A stretch of 64,000 nt of DNA from Tubiluchus corallicola (Eukaryota; Animalia; Priapulida): positions 1 through 64,000 of the forward strand of contig JAQGDQ010000377.1 in NCBI GenBank assembly GCA_030141605.1, read 5' to 3'. A model generated the notes under the pieces. The model did not search any database. It saw only the letters and a program-made list of their open reading frames with translations, and was not told where the DNA came from. Below are positions 51,104 to 64,000 of this stretch, piece after piece (the first letter of the stretch is position 1; every line of letters begins with the position of its first letter). The position numbers were made by a program, and so were the translations under genes.

Positions 51104-51405
51104 TTACTCCACGTGTTTTAATATTAGCCATCCCAACACGTAGAAGATAATCACTCCTGAGCCTACTATAGCAACCACTCCATTCATCGTTACTGGGCCC
51201 ACAACTCCATCAGACCAGGTAGGGTCTACATGCTCACCAGTTTCGTTCACTGTTAAAAATATAAAAAATAGTTCAGGGTAATATTAGTGAAAATTTATTT
51301 TAAGCAAAAAAAGGGAGGATAGAAATGCAACCGGTCTACCGATAACGGACACAGTTGTATACTGGTCCAACTGTGAAGGCATTGGACTTCGTTTGTAAAG
51401 GATTG

Positions 51406-51416
51406 TAATAATAATA

Positions 51417-51447
<31 letters not shown>

Positions 51448-51512
51448 CGATGACGATGACGATGATGATGATGATGATGATGACGATGACGACGACGACG
51501 ACGACGACGACG

Positions 51513-51547
<35 letters not shown>

Positions 51548-51604
51548 AACAATAACAATAACAATAACAATAACAATAACAATAACAATAGCAATAACAA
51601 TAAC

Positions 51605-51688
<84 letters not shown>

Positions 51689-51706
51689 TAATAATAATAA
51701 TAACAA
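51406..51706. repeat. Compound trinucleotide microsatellite (AAT-GAT-GAC-AAC-AAT)
   Basis: Seen directly; the homopolymer ORFs are artefacts. Confidence 0.97.
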
Positions 51707-52073
51707 TTAGCTGATTTAAAGACATATGTACATGTAATTGGAAAAAATTCTTAATAATTTAAAATGTTTGTGCAACTGATAAAACAGCACCGCATCACCA
51801 TCACAGTGTGCACCACTGACTCACACTATTTATAATACAAAATAAATTAAACTTTGCTTATTTAACAAAGAGTGTACTACAAATGCTCTGATTATTTTTT
51901 CGAGCTTTACACAATGTTATCTAAACTTATCTAAGCTATATAATATTAAGTTTATAATATACAAGCACGTTACTCTGTTCTATGTGTTTTTGTGCTTGAA
52001 CCATTATACCACTTAAACGTGGTGTCTTTGTTCAGATGTACAATGTTTTTAAGTCATTTTTCTTTGTCTTTTG

Positions 52074-52532
52074 TAACCCTTTCATACCCGTTGTATCCCG
52101 TGGGATACGAGAATATTTTCTGCCTTTAAAATTAATAAAATTTTAAAACTCACAGTTATTTGATCTGTTAACAGTTATTTTGATTTAAGCCAATAACAAT
52201 AGACTAAAAATGGTGATAAAATGGCAAACTAGAAAATCTACATAGCATAAAAAACTGCTCAAGGTACAGTACTTTAGATACTTTACAGATCAGCATAGCA
52301 TGCATGCTAAATGTTTTAAATACTTTAAAAAATTATCAGCAATTGCAAAATGAAGCACATTTTATGCTTCCATTGAATCCCAATGTATCCCGTGTGATAC
52401 AGGCTATATTTAGCACGCGGGCGCAGGTAGAAAAAAAAATTATTGTGTAAACAAGATGGACATACTGAACAAAAGTACAGAGCCAAAATTTTTTTTCTTA
52501 TTAAAAAAATAATTTGGGACTGAGAGGGTTAA
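52074..52532. mobile_element. piggyBac-like MITE of about 455 bp; copies at about 34344-34776 (5'-truncated) and 62280-62742 (inverted, TTAA at both ends)
   Basis: Termini CCCTT...AGGG with TTAA; three highly similar copies. Confidence 0.88.
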
Positions 52533-54499
52533 TGGGTTAATAAATAAATAAATAAATAAATATACAGATCATTATTTGACGATACAGTAACACGACCAAA
52601 ATTCATAAGCTTAAAAGATTTGCGCGATAATGTCAATGGAGCGGGACGATTAAATGTAGAAGACTTAGTTGCTTGGATTGTGCTGTGAGGTTACCAGAAG
52701 ATTAGAGCTTTCTTTGAATCAATTCAGCAATGAAAGAAAGAGACTGCTTACATGGATAGATTTCTTTGGAGAAGAAGAGGATTTGAATAAATCTTTGACT
52801 TTGTAAACAACATGTATACGGTCTGTTAAATGTTAGCAAAATCTAGATTCTAGATCAACGATAACTCATACCTGTCGTTAACTTCATCTTTTATCAAGTC
52901 TAATAGTAATAGTGTCTTCAGACAACGAATTTTTACGCAATCTTCCTACAAAATCATCAACTGGCACGTTAAAGTAACTCAAGGAGCCGCGTAATTATTA
53001 TGGTGGTTAAGATAAAGGCGCGCAATAATGTTACAAGCAGCAACTGTTGCTAGGATGACGTAACAGTGCTTCATACGCAACAACATTAGTAATAAATCAG
53101 GGGCATATTATCCAATAGGCAAACTATACTATAGCACAGGGCGCCACATTTTAGAAAAAATTCTTATTCACGGAAAATGTGTGTACTTTCATATTCATGT
53201 AAATTGCGCACTTTATATCACACCACAAGCAGTTACTGAGCGCAGCTTCTATATAAGTGTCACACAATGAACAGGTACACGGTATTACACAACAAGCAGT
53301 TGCGCAGCTTGCTTGAATATAAGCGCTATGCAAATCCATGTAATTAATAACGACCTCGTTGAAACTAGGTTAATAATGTTTCTAATACACCATAAGTAAT
53401 TGTTTAATCTGCTCATTACATAAACAACCAAAAATTCACAATACAGATAGGCGGGACTGTAAGCCTGTAACAGTCTGTAATACAGAACTGTAAGCCTAGG
53501 GCGTCGTAAAGTATTGACACTCCCTGGTAATAATTATTAGTTTTCTAGTATGCAAATAAATGGTAAAAATAGACAGTTAATATAGAAAGACATCTTCTAA
53601 GATTACCAAATGAAACACAGGTAAGAATCCGCCTTAAAACGTTGCAAAAAAATAGGAGCTAATAATAATGATGATATTACTGTAAAAAACACATTGCAAA
53701 TTGTCAAGGAGTATCCATCATTATTATAAAGTTACTTTTTTCTAAAACAAATTTAGTTTTACGTTTCATTATGTAATAATTCTCGACAGAAATCGCCAGT
53801 GTCCTACTTGGGCTGCCCATGTACGACACCGCTTTTCCCACAAATTTAGCGCATGCGTTTTACCGGAGTGTCTTACTTCGGCCAGTGGCTTACTCGGCGC
53901 CCTACATTTTCAACGTTTTTGCACGCAAACGGTTAGATTTATCACATTGATCACAATTTTGTTGAAGGTTTCTGTTGTTGTTGTGGAAGTGTCCTGCTAT
54001 GCTGCTGTGTCACATAATAATAGATCACTTGGTTATTTTTTTTCAATGAGGACCTCCCCGTGGTGGCTCGTGTATAGTCGCGACGTGACATGTTTGTGAC
54101 ACATTTGGAGAATATAAATGTCTATATGTTTTATTTACTGTCTCTAAATTTAAACTTATTTGAACTTGTTGCCTCATTTATTTTTATTTTTTTATTTATT
54201 TTGTTAAGTTGCTTATTATTTTCATTTGTACATACCTTACTTGACAGGTCATTTAATTTTCTTTAGTTTGGATAGGGGTGGTTGACTTGGTGACCCTTGG
54301 TATTTTCGCCACCCCGTCTCTTTTCCGTGTTTATTTTAGTTTTTACCTTTTGATTATGCTCATTATGTAAAATTCAGGGACACATAAATTTTACTTACTT
54401 ACTTACTATATGTCTATGTATGCTCGTCACAACTGCTGCAGCAGCACTCATTCATTATGACGTGTCCTTTTTCTCTAATTCGTCGTTTATACTTGCACA

Positions 54500-54990
54500 T
54501 TATATAATCATTAAGACGTAGTTATTATGTAAAGATACGAGAACAAAGGGATACAAATATTTAGACAATGTTATGACTACATCGGTTCATGTACAGACAG
54601 ATGTAGAGAGATGAAAGACTCATGTCCGAGTTTCTGATCGTACAAAATGCAAGACTTATTTGGAAATAAATCCCAATTTGTCTGTGCATCCAATGTATGA
54701 GAAGACAGAGTTACCTGAGCACAAATGTATAATCATCACAAGAATAAAGGTCTCATCATACAATCTAGCTATAGAGACAGGTCGTTGGGCAAATGTACCT
54801 CGTGAGCGCAGGCTGTGTCTTTGTGGAGAAATTCAGACAGAAGAGCACTTTTGCGTGAATGCCATGAAAATGCACTTTACAGATCACTGTACGGGTTAAA
54901 TTATAGTAATATTGCAAATTTATTTGATGGAGAATTAATGTCAATTGGAAATTTCATTTACGACTGTATGCATAGATTTTTGAATTAAAT
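54500..54990 (+). mobile_element. Non-LTR retrotransposon 3' fragment
   Basis: RIKVSSYNLAIETGRW...RRLCLCGEIQTEEHF is the common LINE ORF2 C-terminal IETGR / C..C..EH motif; frame is disrupted. Confidence 0.8.
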
Positions 54991-57900
54991 AGTGTAGCTT
55001 TGTTAGTGGACACATAACCACATCACTGTGATTATCATATAGGTAAAATATTTGTTTATCACATGTGTACAAATGCTTAGTAAATAGGTTTTTCGCTTCA
55101 TGGAGTTTACAACTAAATTTGTATATCTGTGTATATACCTCGTGCAGCTATGTTGAGTCAAATTGTTAGTATGATCTGGAAATTATTACCCGAGCTCAGC
55201 CCGCTGATAAAACCATCGGGTATGCGTCGAGTTTGTAATTTTCCTGTTGGAAATTTGATTTTCAGAAATAAAATATCTATCTATCTATCTAAGCTTAATT
55301 CAATAGGCATTCGCTACTTCATTAAAAATTACAAAAATCTTTGTATGGAGCTTCGCTTTTATATTGCTATTTTTTGACTAATCTTTGTACATAATTTTCT
55401 AATTGTATGTATGTCTGAATATGAATAAATATTAATAATTATTATTATTGTAATAGGTAACTGAATGTTGTGAGAATTACCTCAATTGGCTAATAAACAG
55501 CTGTAGTTGGTCAGTCAGAATGACCAGAAACCAGTGCAGAGATATTTACATTAAACTGCAACTAGCAACAGGAAAAATTCAAAAATAAACATGTCTGTGG
55601 AAGTTGGAATTGTACATTATAATTAGGTGCTGCCATCTATGGGCTAATCCTGTTACATTCTACCAGCTGACTTACCCCCAGTATAATTGTATGGTCCAGT
55701 GAATGCATATTCACTGATTCTCTCCCTATTTTAAAGTAATGGTTTTTGTGAAATCTTTGCAAGTCTGCATAGGTCACCTATACCTATATATACTGACTGG
55801 TTTTGCTTTCTAGTCACTCTCACTCTCAGTGTTCAGTGCAGGACTCTCTCTCAGTCTCAGTGTTCAGTGCAGGACTCTCTAACTCTCAGTGTTCAGTGCA
55901 GGACTCTCTAATTCTCTGTGTTCAGTGCAGCAGTTGTGCTACTCATGTGTCTGTAGTTTTAATAAACACTTCTGTTGTGTGCAGTGCAAATATGTATTAT
56001 AGATTTTTATTCTTGTTCATACTTCTGTGCCTAAACTCAATCATAACAAAGTGAGTGAACAACAACTTCAAAAATGACTTTCACAATGTCAAAACATGGC
56101 AAGCGGGACAAAGATTTATGAAAAAGATTAAAGAATTTTTACAAAAAAAGGAACAACTTTCCCACCATGTTACAGGAAGTTTTTGAAGTGGGAACAGGTA
56201 TTTGATGGAACGTTGTCAATTACTTGATCAGCCTGTTACTAAACTGTCTATAATTCCAAATCACTTGTGGCATCTGCCTTTTTTCAGAAAGTGCGTGGTT
56301 CAAATCCTGATTGTGTACAATTTTTTTGCATTTCCAATCTTTCAAGTTTGGTTTAAAAATGTAATTGCAGGTTTACATCCTGCTGTCATTTTACTTTTCA
56401 TCCAGGACACTGGATTGTTGCAAAACTGGATTTTGTCAGTGTGATATTTTTTAGAGTAATAATTCTTGAGTTCCGGTTTTACTGCAGTTTTTTAGATTAC
56501 ATTAGATAGCCTGTTTACTAAGAATGTCATAATTTAAAGCTTAAGAAAACATGCCATAAACATTTATAAATCTTGAAATTTTGTCACTTGCGTACTTTTG
56601 TTTTACTTGAGTCATGCAGTCACGCTGTATAAAACATGTAAATTTAAACTCCCGCGAGGACTGTTAGATGCAACCTGTTTTGTTGACAACTATTCTAAAA
56701 TAAGTTTAGATAACATTGTGTAAACTTTATGAAAAATAATCAGACCATTCGTAGTGCACAAGTTACTAACTAAGTAAAATTTTAATTTACTGAATCTTGT
56801 CAATAAGATTAAAAAGATGTGAAAAATGGTAATAAGAATTTTTACCGCTCAAATGCAATTTCATGTTCGCGGCAGTAGTTCTTTGCTGTTACATGCATTT
56901 CGGTATTCTCTGGTTAGATGGGCTCTAGCGCCTGCACTTCGTAAACATTGCTGAAAAGTCAGGTGCTGTACCACTCAGTTCATATGTGTTAGTTTGTGAT
57001 GAATTACACACATTCGACAGCTTATGCGTGAGCACAGCAGAAAATTTGATATTATATGATTTTTACACTGAATATCTTACAGTAGCACTGTACTTCAATT
57101 TTTGTTTTTGCAAACACAAGCAATGCAATCACAGAATGTTTTTGAACTTAGAAATGAAGTTAGTTTGTGATGTCATGTCAACAGTTGCGCCTGCCATTAA
57201 TTAAGTTTTTAATACATTATTTAATTATCAGAAACACTTCTGCCATATTAATTGCGTTTAACGTATACTTTTTATCGGACTTGAAAGTGGTATATTAAAA
57301 ATCATCCTGTCTTCTTTTCATTAATGCTGATTTTTACCTCTTCGTAGCCATGCAGTTTGTATTGTAGCTGCTCAAGGAAACACTTTACAAAAAGAAAATT
57401 AGCTACTGCTACAGATACTTCCTTTGAAAACAAAAAAGTACAATAACATGGTTATTAAAGGATAAAACAGAAAGAAATTGAAAGCTACATTGTGTAAACT
57501 AAAACTACAATTACGTGCTACTTAGACTGCAATTTCGCTAAAACAGCATCAACTTTAAACGGCATTAGGTCAGTACGGTGAAGTCTAAAAGTAGGAGTTA
57601 TAGGTATACTAGTATTCAAAGTGTTTAGTATATTTGCGAACAAACAGTTATCAGAAAAAAATTCTCAATCAATCAATCAATTTATGTCACTCCAGCATAC
57701 ATATACAATGCATCAACATACAATATTATTGAAACAAAAAGAAACAATATAGGTAAAAAAAAACATTGATGAAGTCAAGTTAACCAAATAAAACAGTTGC
57801 TTATGACACCTTGAAAGCTTGGCTTGTTAAGGTGGCACAAATGAGTGAATGAAAGAACAGTTAGGGTCAGAAGAAATGATGGAATGGAAAAACAGTAAGA

Positions 57901-57995
57901 TTAGGGATAGGAAGAAGGAAGGGAGGAGAAGAAACGACCACAGTGTATGTTTAATTTACATAGAGGTATATTAAAATTGCATTATAATTGATTAG

Positions 57996-58913
57996 AGGCC
58001 ATATATATCTTTTGCACAAGCATTCTTACTGGCACAACATTCGAAAGAACATTGTGGTGAGAAACCATACAAACGTCAGCGGTGTAATAGAGCAGGTTTA
58101 AAGAAGCATGAAGAAAATGGTGAGAAGATATTCTCTTGTGACACGTGCAAAGCTGTTTTTTCACGAGCTGCACAATTGAAAAGACACCAGAGAGTACATA
58201 CGGGAGAAAAACCATTTAAGTGTACTGATTGTGGAACCACTTTCGCCTGGGCTGATGCACTAGTCAAGCATAAACGAACTCACACAGGGGAAAAACCATA
58301 CAAATGTCGTGTGTGCAATTGTGCTTTTGCACAATCTCCTCACCTGAAACAGCATGAAAGAATTCACACCGGTGAGCGGCCATTTTTGTGCACTGAGTGT
58401 GGAGCAGCTTTTACGCAGCTTGGTAACCTACAAAAACACGTCAGGAGTCACACGACTGAACGACCATTTAAGTGTACTGAATGTGGTGCTGCTTTTGCTC
58501 ATGCTTCCATTTTAAAACAGCATTCGAGAATTCACACAGGAGAGAAACCATTTAAATGTAGCGAATGTGGGACTGCCTTCACTCAAGCTGCTAATTTGTT
58601 CAAGCATAAAAGGAGTCACACTGGTGAAAAGCCTTACAAATGTTCCGAGTGTGATGCTGCTTTTGCTTGGTCTTCTTACTTAAAAAAGCATAAGCAAATT
58701 CACACTGGTGAAAAACCATTTAAGTGTAATGACTGTGGTGCTGCATTTACCCGGACCTCTTCTCTAAACCAGCACAAGAGAATTCACACTGGCGAGAAAC
58801 CATTTAAGTGTAGTGAATGTGAAGCAGCTTTTACATGGTTACCAACGCTGAGAAATCACAGCAAAGTTTGTCGTAAATTTGCGTTAGATCAAGTAATTCA
58901 TGTAAAGAAATAA
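57996..58913 (+). CDS. Tandem C2H2 zinc-finger protein, terminal exon (9 fingers, the last C2HC, preceded by 2 degenerate fingers); start codon not in this frame
   Basis: CxxC-x12-HxxxH repeats with TGEKP linkers. The frame is open from 57996 (after attag) with no in-frame ATG, so an upstream exon or a 5' truncation is implied. Confidence 0.85.
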   Translation, partial: RPYISFAQAFLLAQHSKEHCGEKPYKRQRCNRAGLKKHEENGEKIFSCDTCKAVFSRAAQLKRHQRVHTGEKPFKCTDCGTTFAWADALVKHKRTHTGEKPYKCRVCNCAFAQSPHLKQHERIHTGERPFLCTECGAAFTQLGNLQKHVRSHTTERPFKCTECGAAFAHASILKQHSRIHTGEKPFKCSECGTAFTQAANLFKHKRSHTGEKPYKCSECDAAFAWSSYLKKHKQIHTGEKPFKCNDCGAAFTRTSSLNQHKRIHTGEKPFKCSECEAAFTWLPTLRNHSKVCRKFALDQVIHVKK

Positions 58914-58943
58914 GTAGCTGAAGTACTTTGCACTATAAAATTA

Positions 58944-58981
<38 letters not shown>

Positions 58982-59151
58982 TATATTATTAAAATCAAAT
59001 TTTATTATATGTATATTATTCAGAAATTCTACCAACCAAATTTCTCTAAAAATAAACAGTCAAGTGAACTTAAAGTTTTAAAATTCTGATTTAAAAACAA
59101 AAGCATAAGACCTAAAATTTTGAATATATATATATATATATACCTTGAATT

Positions 59152-62100
59152 TTACAAATGTTTATCAAATGAAATGAAATAAAACAAAGCTGAATAAAAA
59201 ACAACCATTTTTGTTTGGAGTGTTGAAGCTGTATTGTGCACAGATATTACGCATCCAGCTGTGCATCCCGGTGCGCCACCATTGCCATAATATTTCACTT
59301 CATTAATCCAGTCCAGATAATAAGCAATTTTTACAGCCACGTTTATCCTGAATGGAGCAATGATTTCGTCCTTTCCTACATGTGATGTAACACCAATGAC
59401 GACTCCTGTCCTTTTTAAGATGACTGGTCCACCAGAATCACCCTACAAGAGTGTTGTAAAAGTGGTAAATTAACTTTGTTGTAAAAGTGGTAAATTATTT
59501 TTGTTGTAAAAGTGGTAAATTAACTTTGTTGTAAAAGTGGTAAATTAACTTTGTTGTAAAAGTGGTTAATTAACTTTGTTGTAAAAGTGGTAAATTAACT
59601 TTGTTGTAAAAGTGGTAAATTAACTTTGTTGTAAATGTGGTTAATTAACTTTGTTGTAAAAGTGGTAAATTAACTTTGTCGTAAATGTGGTTAATTAACC
59701 TTGTCGTAAATGTGGTTAATTAACCTTGTTGTAAAAGTGGTAAATTAACTTTGTTGTAAATGTGGTAAATTAACTTTGTTGTAAATGTGGTTAATTAACT
59801 TTGTCGTAAATGTGGTTAATTAACCTTGTTGTAAATGTGGTAAATTAACTTTGTTGTAAATGTGGTAAATTAACTTTGTTGTAAAAGTGGTAAATTAACT
59901 TTGTTGTAAATGTGGTAAATTAACTTTGTTGTAAAAGTGGCAAATCAACCTTGTTGTAAAAGTGGTAAATTAACCTTGTAAAAGTGGTAAATTAACTTTG
60001 TTGTAAAAGTGGTAAATTAACTTTGTTGTAAAAGTGGTAAATTAACTTTGTTGTAAAAGTGGTAAATTAACCTTGTTGTAAAAGTGGTAAATTAACTTTG
60101 TTGTAAAAGTGGTAAATTAACTTTGTTGTAAAAGTGGTAAATTAACTTTGTTGTAAATGTGGTAAATTAACTTTGTTGTAAAAGTGGTAAATTAACTTTG
60201 TTGTAAAAGTGGCAAATTAACCTTGTTGTAAAAGTGGTTAATTAACCTTGTAAAAGTGGTTAATTAACCTTGTTGTAAAAGTGGTAAATTAACTTTGTTG
60301 TATTTCGCCATTTGCTAGATAGATGGGCACTAGTGCCCGCATTTTGGAAATACATTGCTCAAAACAGGTGCTGTACCTCTGAGATCAATGTGTTAGTTGT
60401 GACGAACTACACACATTCGACAGCTCATGCGTGAGTACAGCAGTAAAGTTGAAATTTGAAATTTTATCTTAAAACTTCCTTAGTTTTAGTACATCACACT
60501 GAATATCTTATAATATCTTAAGGTAGCAATGTACTTCAATTTTCACTTTTGTAAACACATGCAACACGCTCGTGGAATATTTTTGTTGTTGAAAATTGTG
60601 TTAGTTTGTGATGCCATCCATAATTGGGCTCACCTGCCGTTAATTAATTAATTTATTTATTTATTATTGTTATTTAATTATCGTTAACACTTTTGTGGTA
60701 TTAATGGTGTCAAAATGTGTATACTTTTTATCAGACTTGAAAATGGGGTAGTATATGAAAAGTCATCCTGTCTTGCTTTAACTGATTATCATACTGCAGT
60801 TTTAAGTACAGAAAACCTGTTAAACTAATGACATGGATTGAGTGAGTTGAAAAGGTTTAAAATAATCATTTTTAAATTTCAAAACTCATTTCTGTTATTA
60901 AGGGGATGAGGCAAAGGTAATTATTAATTATTGACAACAGCTGTTTTAAATTAACCATTTTGGCACAAATCTCACTGATTATTATTATTATTATTATTAG
61001 TAGTAGTAGTAGTAGTAGTAGTTTATTTCATATAAAATATACAGTTTGCAAAGATAAAGATGTTAGTAAAACAGGTAATGCGATATTAGTAAAGTAACAT
61101 ATCTACAGACATTCAACTTTATAATAACCACACATTGTAGTTCCCTTGTAATTATATTACAGTATACAGTGTTGTTAGGAGCTATAATAGCTATCTTGAA
61201 ACATAATCTTTAAATGAGTTCTTAACCTTTAATTTTACATTTTCGTTTAGATCTACAGTACAACCATATTTAAATCTTAAATTTACTTGACTGTTATTTA
61301 CATGATAGCATAGCTTTGGAATTCTCAATTTACAAGACTTAAAAACAAGATAAATAATGACTGAAATTTGTGTTTACAATGTAGGAAGTTATATTATTTT
61401 ACTGTTGCTATCATAAACACACATTACTTTCTGAAAAGACAGTATTTCAGTACAATTTGCATTTGTTTAACTACTATTATATCCGTAATAGTTTGACCCG
61501 CAATTATTTATTATTACAAATTTAAAAAAGCACTCAGAATTACTTCATTTGTTAACTTACAACTTGCTGTTTATACTTATTACTACACATTTCTTGCACA
61601 ATTCATGTCTGAGGATAATAAATGTTGTTAGATTAAGCCAGAGGTGTGCAAATTATCTGACTAGCCGGGCCACATTAAACTTTCCCGCAATTCCTGCAGG
61701 CCACAGGCAGTTTGATCAAGGAGCCAAGTGCAGAAAGGTCTAATAACGATTTTTTTTGCATCCGACCTGCGTACATCATTACTACTACATTCAAGAAACT
61801 ATTTTAGAAGTTATTAAAATTTATATTACAAACCATATATTTCTACTTTCAGGACAGATAGTGGTAATTTCATTACAATGCATATTAGTAATGTGTATCA
61901 CACAGTCTGTGTAGAATGTGCGCACAAATTCTCTCGGCGGGCCGCAAGTGGCCCGCGGGCCTCAGTTTGCACACCCCTGGATTAAGCAATTCTCCAAAAC
62001 CGTACAAGAAACATGGCAGATCTAAAAGCAGTAATTATTTCCTTGATTTTTTGTCAGAAAAATCTTTACGTTAGTAATCCGTAGAATGCATGAAACAGAG

Positions 62101-63065
62101 AAATGTGATTAGCATTCAAGTCGTTTTTTTACCCAAGCTCATTTATTTTTCTGCATTTGAGGACATTTTGGGGGCATCGAATTTATGTTAACTCCTTCAG
62201 GACAATAAGCGCTGGTTACATTTTGTGCGAATTCATAATTTTGTAAGTTTCTACTCCGTTACCTGGTTACTTCCTCATCTTAACCCTTTAAGTCACAAAT
62301 CATTTTTTAATAAGAAAAAAATTTTGCCTTGGTACTTTTGTTCAGTATGTCCATCTTGTTTACACATAATAATTATTTTTTTCTACCTGTGCCCCGCGTG
62401 CTAAATATAGCCTGTATCCCACGGGATATATTGGGATTCAATGCATGTTAAACATGATAAAAAACAACTGCTGATAATTTTTTAAAGTATTTAAGACAAT
62501 TAGTATGCATGCTATGCTGATCTGTACAAAGTCGTCTCTAGAGTAATGTACCTTGCGCAGTTTTTTGTGCAATGTAGATTTTCTAGTTTGTCATTTTATC
62601 ACTATTTTTAGTCTATAGTTATTGGCTTAAATCAAAATAACTATTAACAGGTCAAATAACTGTCAGTTTTAAAATTTTATTAATTTTAAAGGCAGCAAAT
62701 ATTCTCGTATCCCACGGGATACAATGGGTGTGAAAGGGTTAATGAATATTGTGGATAATTAATCTATAATATTGTTTCATAACAAGTTACAAACTTACAT
62801 AAAACTGATTCACACAGTGAAAAACAAATTTAAAGACAAAATTGAGGAATCCCACACGTGAGAGATAGACCATTACCGTTTTCGTTTTTAATTTTTCACC
62901 AACTGAATCATACTGAATGGATTAGGTATTACTATGTACTTACTGGTGTTAAGCTACTGACTGGATTGTGTGCACAAATATGAATTGTTTTATTATATCT
63001 TTCGCATCTACCAGTGTCCATTACAGTTAAATCAACTTTTTGTAGACGATCATGTAAGGGTGCAG
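59152..63065 (-). CDS. S1 serine protease, last two exons (63065-62944, 59442-59152); upstream exons not found, probably beyond the window
   Basis: APLHDRLQKVDLTVMDTGRCERYNKTIHICAHNPVSSLTP spliced in phase 0 to GDSGGPVILKRTGVVIGVTSH...AVKIAYYLDWINEVKYY...MVVFYSALFYFISFDKHL*. Clear paralog of 31386..32381 (LQRVTLTV, KTAYYKDWI..YY, hydrophobic tail). Confidence 0.88.
59453..60302. repeat. 25-bp minisatellite (ttgttgtaaaagtggtaaattaact), about 34 copies, abutting the protease splice acceptor
   Basis: Direct periodicity; begins about 10 nt from the AG at 59444-59443. Confidence 0.96.
61639..61979. mobile_element. hAT MITE, same family as 41005-41434, 8-bp TSD gattaagc
   Basis: cagaggtgtgcaaa / tttgcacacccctg with TSD at 61631-61638 and 61980-61987. 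Confidence 0.92.
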
Positions 63066-64000
63066 CTGAAAAAATGCAAAGCAAGTAAAAAGAAGGGAAA
63101 TAAAGCAGGATAGAAAATAAATTGATATACAAAGTGCTTGTAAAGGTATACAATCCCAAATCCCTATAGTAAACAACTAAAATTATAAATTATTATTAAT
63201 AGTGAAAACCTTTGCAATTATTATACAAAATTTGTTACAGTCTTTTACAAATATTTCACTTTTCAAAATAGCTACAGTCAATTAAAGATGGAAAAAGTTT
63301 GAATTCTGTAGTTTATCCATACATAATTTTCCTTTCAATGTTATATTATTTAGCATATTACACTTACTTGCTTGAAAGACATAACAAAATTGCACAAGAA
63401 GATTCCTAACAATTTAAAATGTTCGTGATGTCATGGTAACGTCACTGTATTATGTGTAACCATCCCAGTGTGCACCACTGGCTCAACAAGAAGAATTACT
63501 GATCTTATACACAATTTACACTTTGCTGATTTGGGGATAAAACTGTGCCTTTTTAATTATTTTTTCAATCTTTATGCAGTGTTTATGTTCTGTTTCAAAC
63601 AACTTCCCGTCAAAATGGCAACGCCTAACAGTCATTGCAGAAACTTTGTTTAAATTCTTCGTATGGCGTTACAGCTATTGCAAGCTCTGTTTTTAACCTT
63701 CATTTATGAAGAGTGATTTTTTTTGTGCTTTAATGGTTTTAATTTGCAAAAAATATGTGGCTGAGCATGATTTCTGCTTTTAACATTTCTAATTCTAACC
63801 TCTGTTAGCCATTGGCTAGATGTCTTTTTTAGAATTGATGCTCCCAAATTTCTAATGTGCAAATGATTTACAAGGACATTGTTCGAGGACTTCGAATCGG
63901 TGAAGAGTGAATTTATGGGTCAAACTGTACTGCCGTGAACCGTCGGATATTTGTGATCAGATTTTTCAAAGTCAATGAACAATAATAATGGCGATGTCAC

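Noticed and set aside
43680-52900. Candidate SKAP first exons (donors near 43684, 43710, 45441, 52872)
   Set aside because: None gives an ATG-initiated phase-1 exon that convincingly resembles the SKAP N-terminus. MKLTT near 52872 fits the phase but is too short to support.

Overview
AT-rich, intron-containing, repeat-rich animal genomic DNA, probably a bilaterian invertebrate; it is not prokaryotic and has no CRISPR array. Genes rebuilt by reading splice sites and phases: (1) a 3-exon GPI-type Ly6/uPAR three-finger (quiver/sleepless-like) gene on minus, missed by the ORF track; (2) an intronless small heat-shock protein with a His/Pro-rich N-terminus; (3) an intronless ASPH-like beta-hydroxylase with an apparently cleavable signal peptide; (4) a SKAP1/2-like adaptor (dimerisation-PH-SH3, at least 9 exons, minus, first exon not found); (5) an intronless S1 serine protease nested antisense in a SKAP intron; (6) a C2H2 zinc-finger array exon; (7) the last two exons of an intron-containing paralog of the protease. 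Most notable non-coding structure: four tandem arrays that each start at an exon 3' end and reiterate the splice donor or stop codon; a 15 x 68-bp array of near-consensus CTCF motifs between two convergent genes; a 5S-rRNA-headed SINE with a 12-bp target-site duplication; a transplanted SKAP exon copy that is open in a second frame; and long intronic inverted repeats. All calls come from manual reading; no database searches were run.
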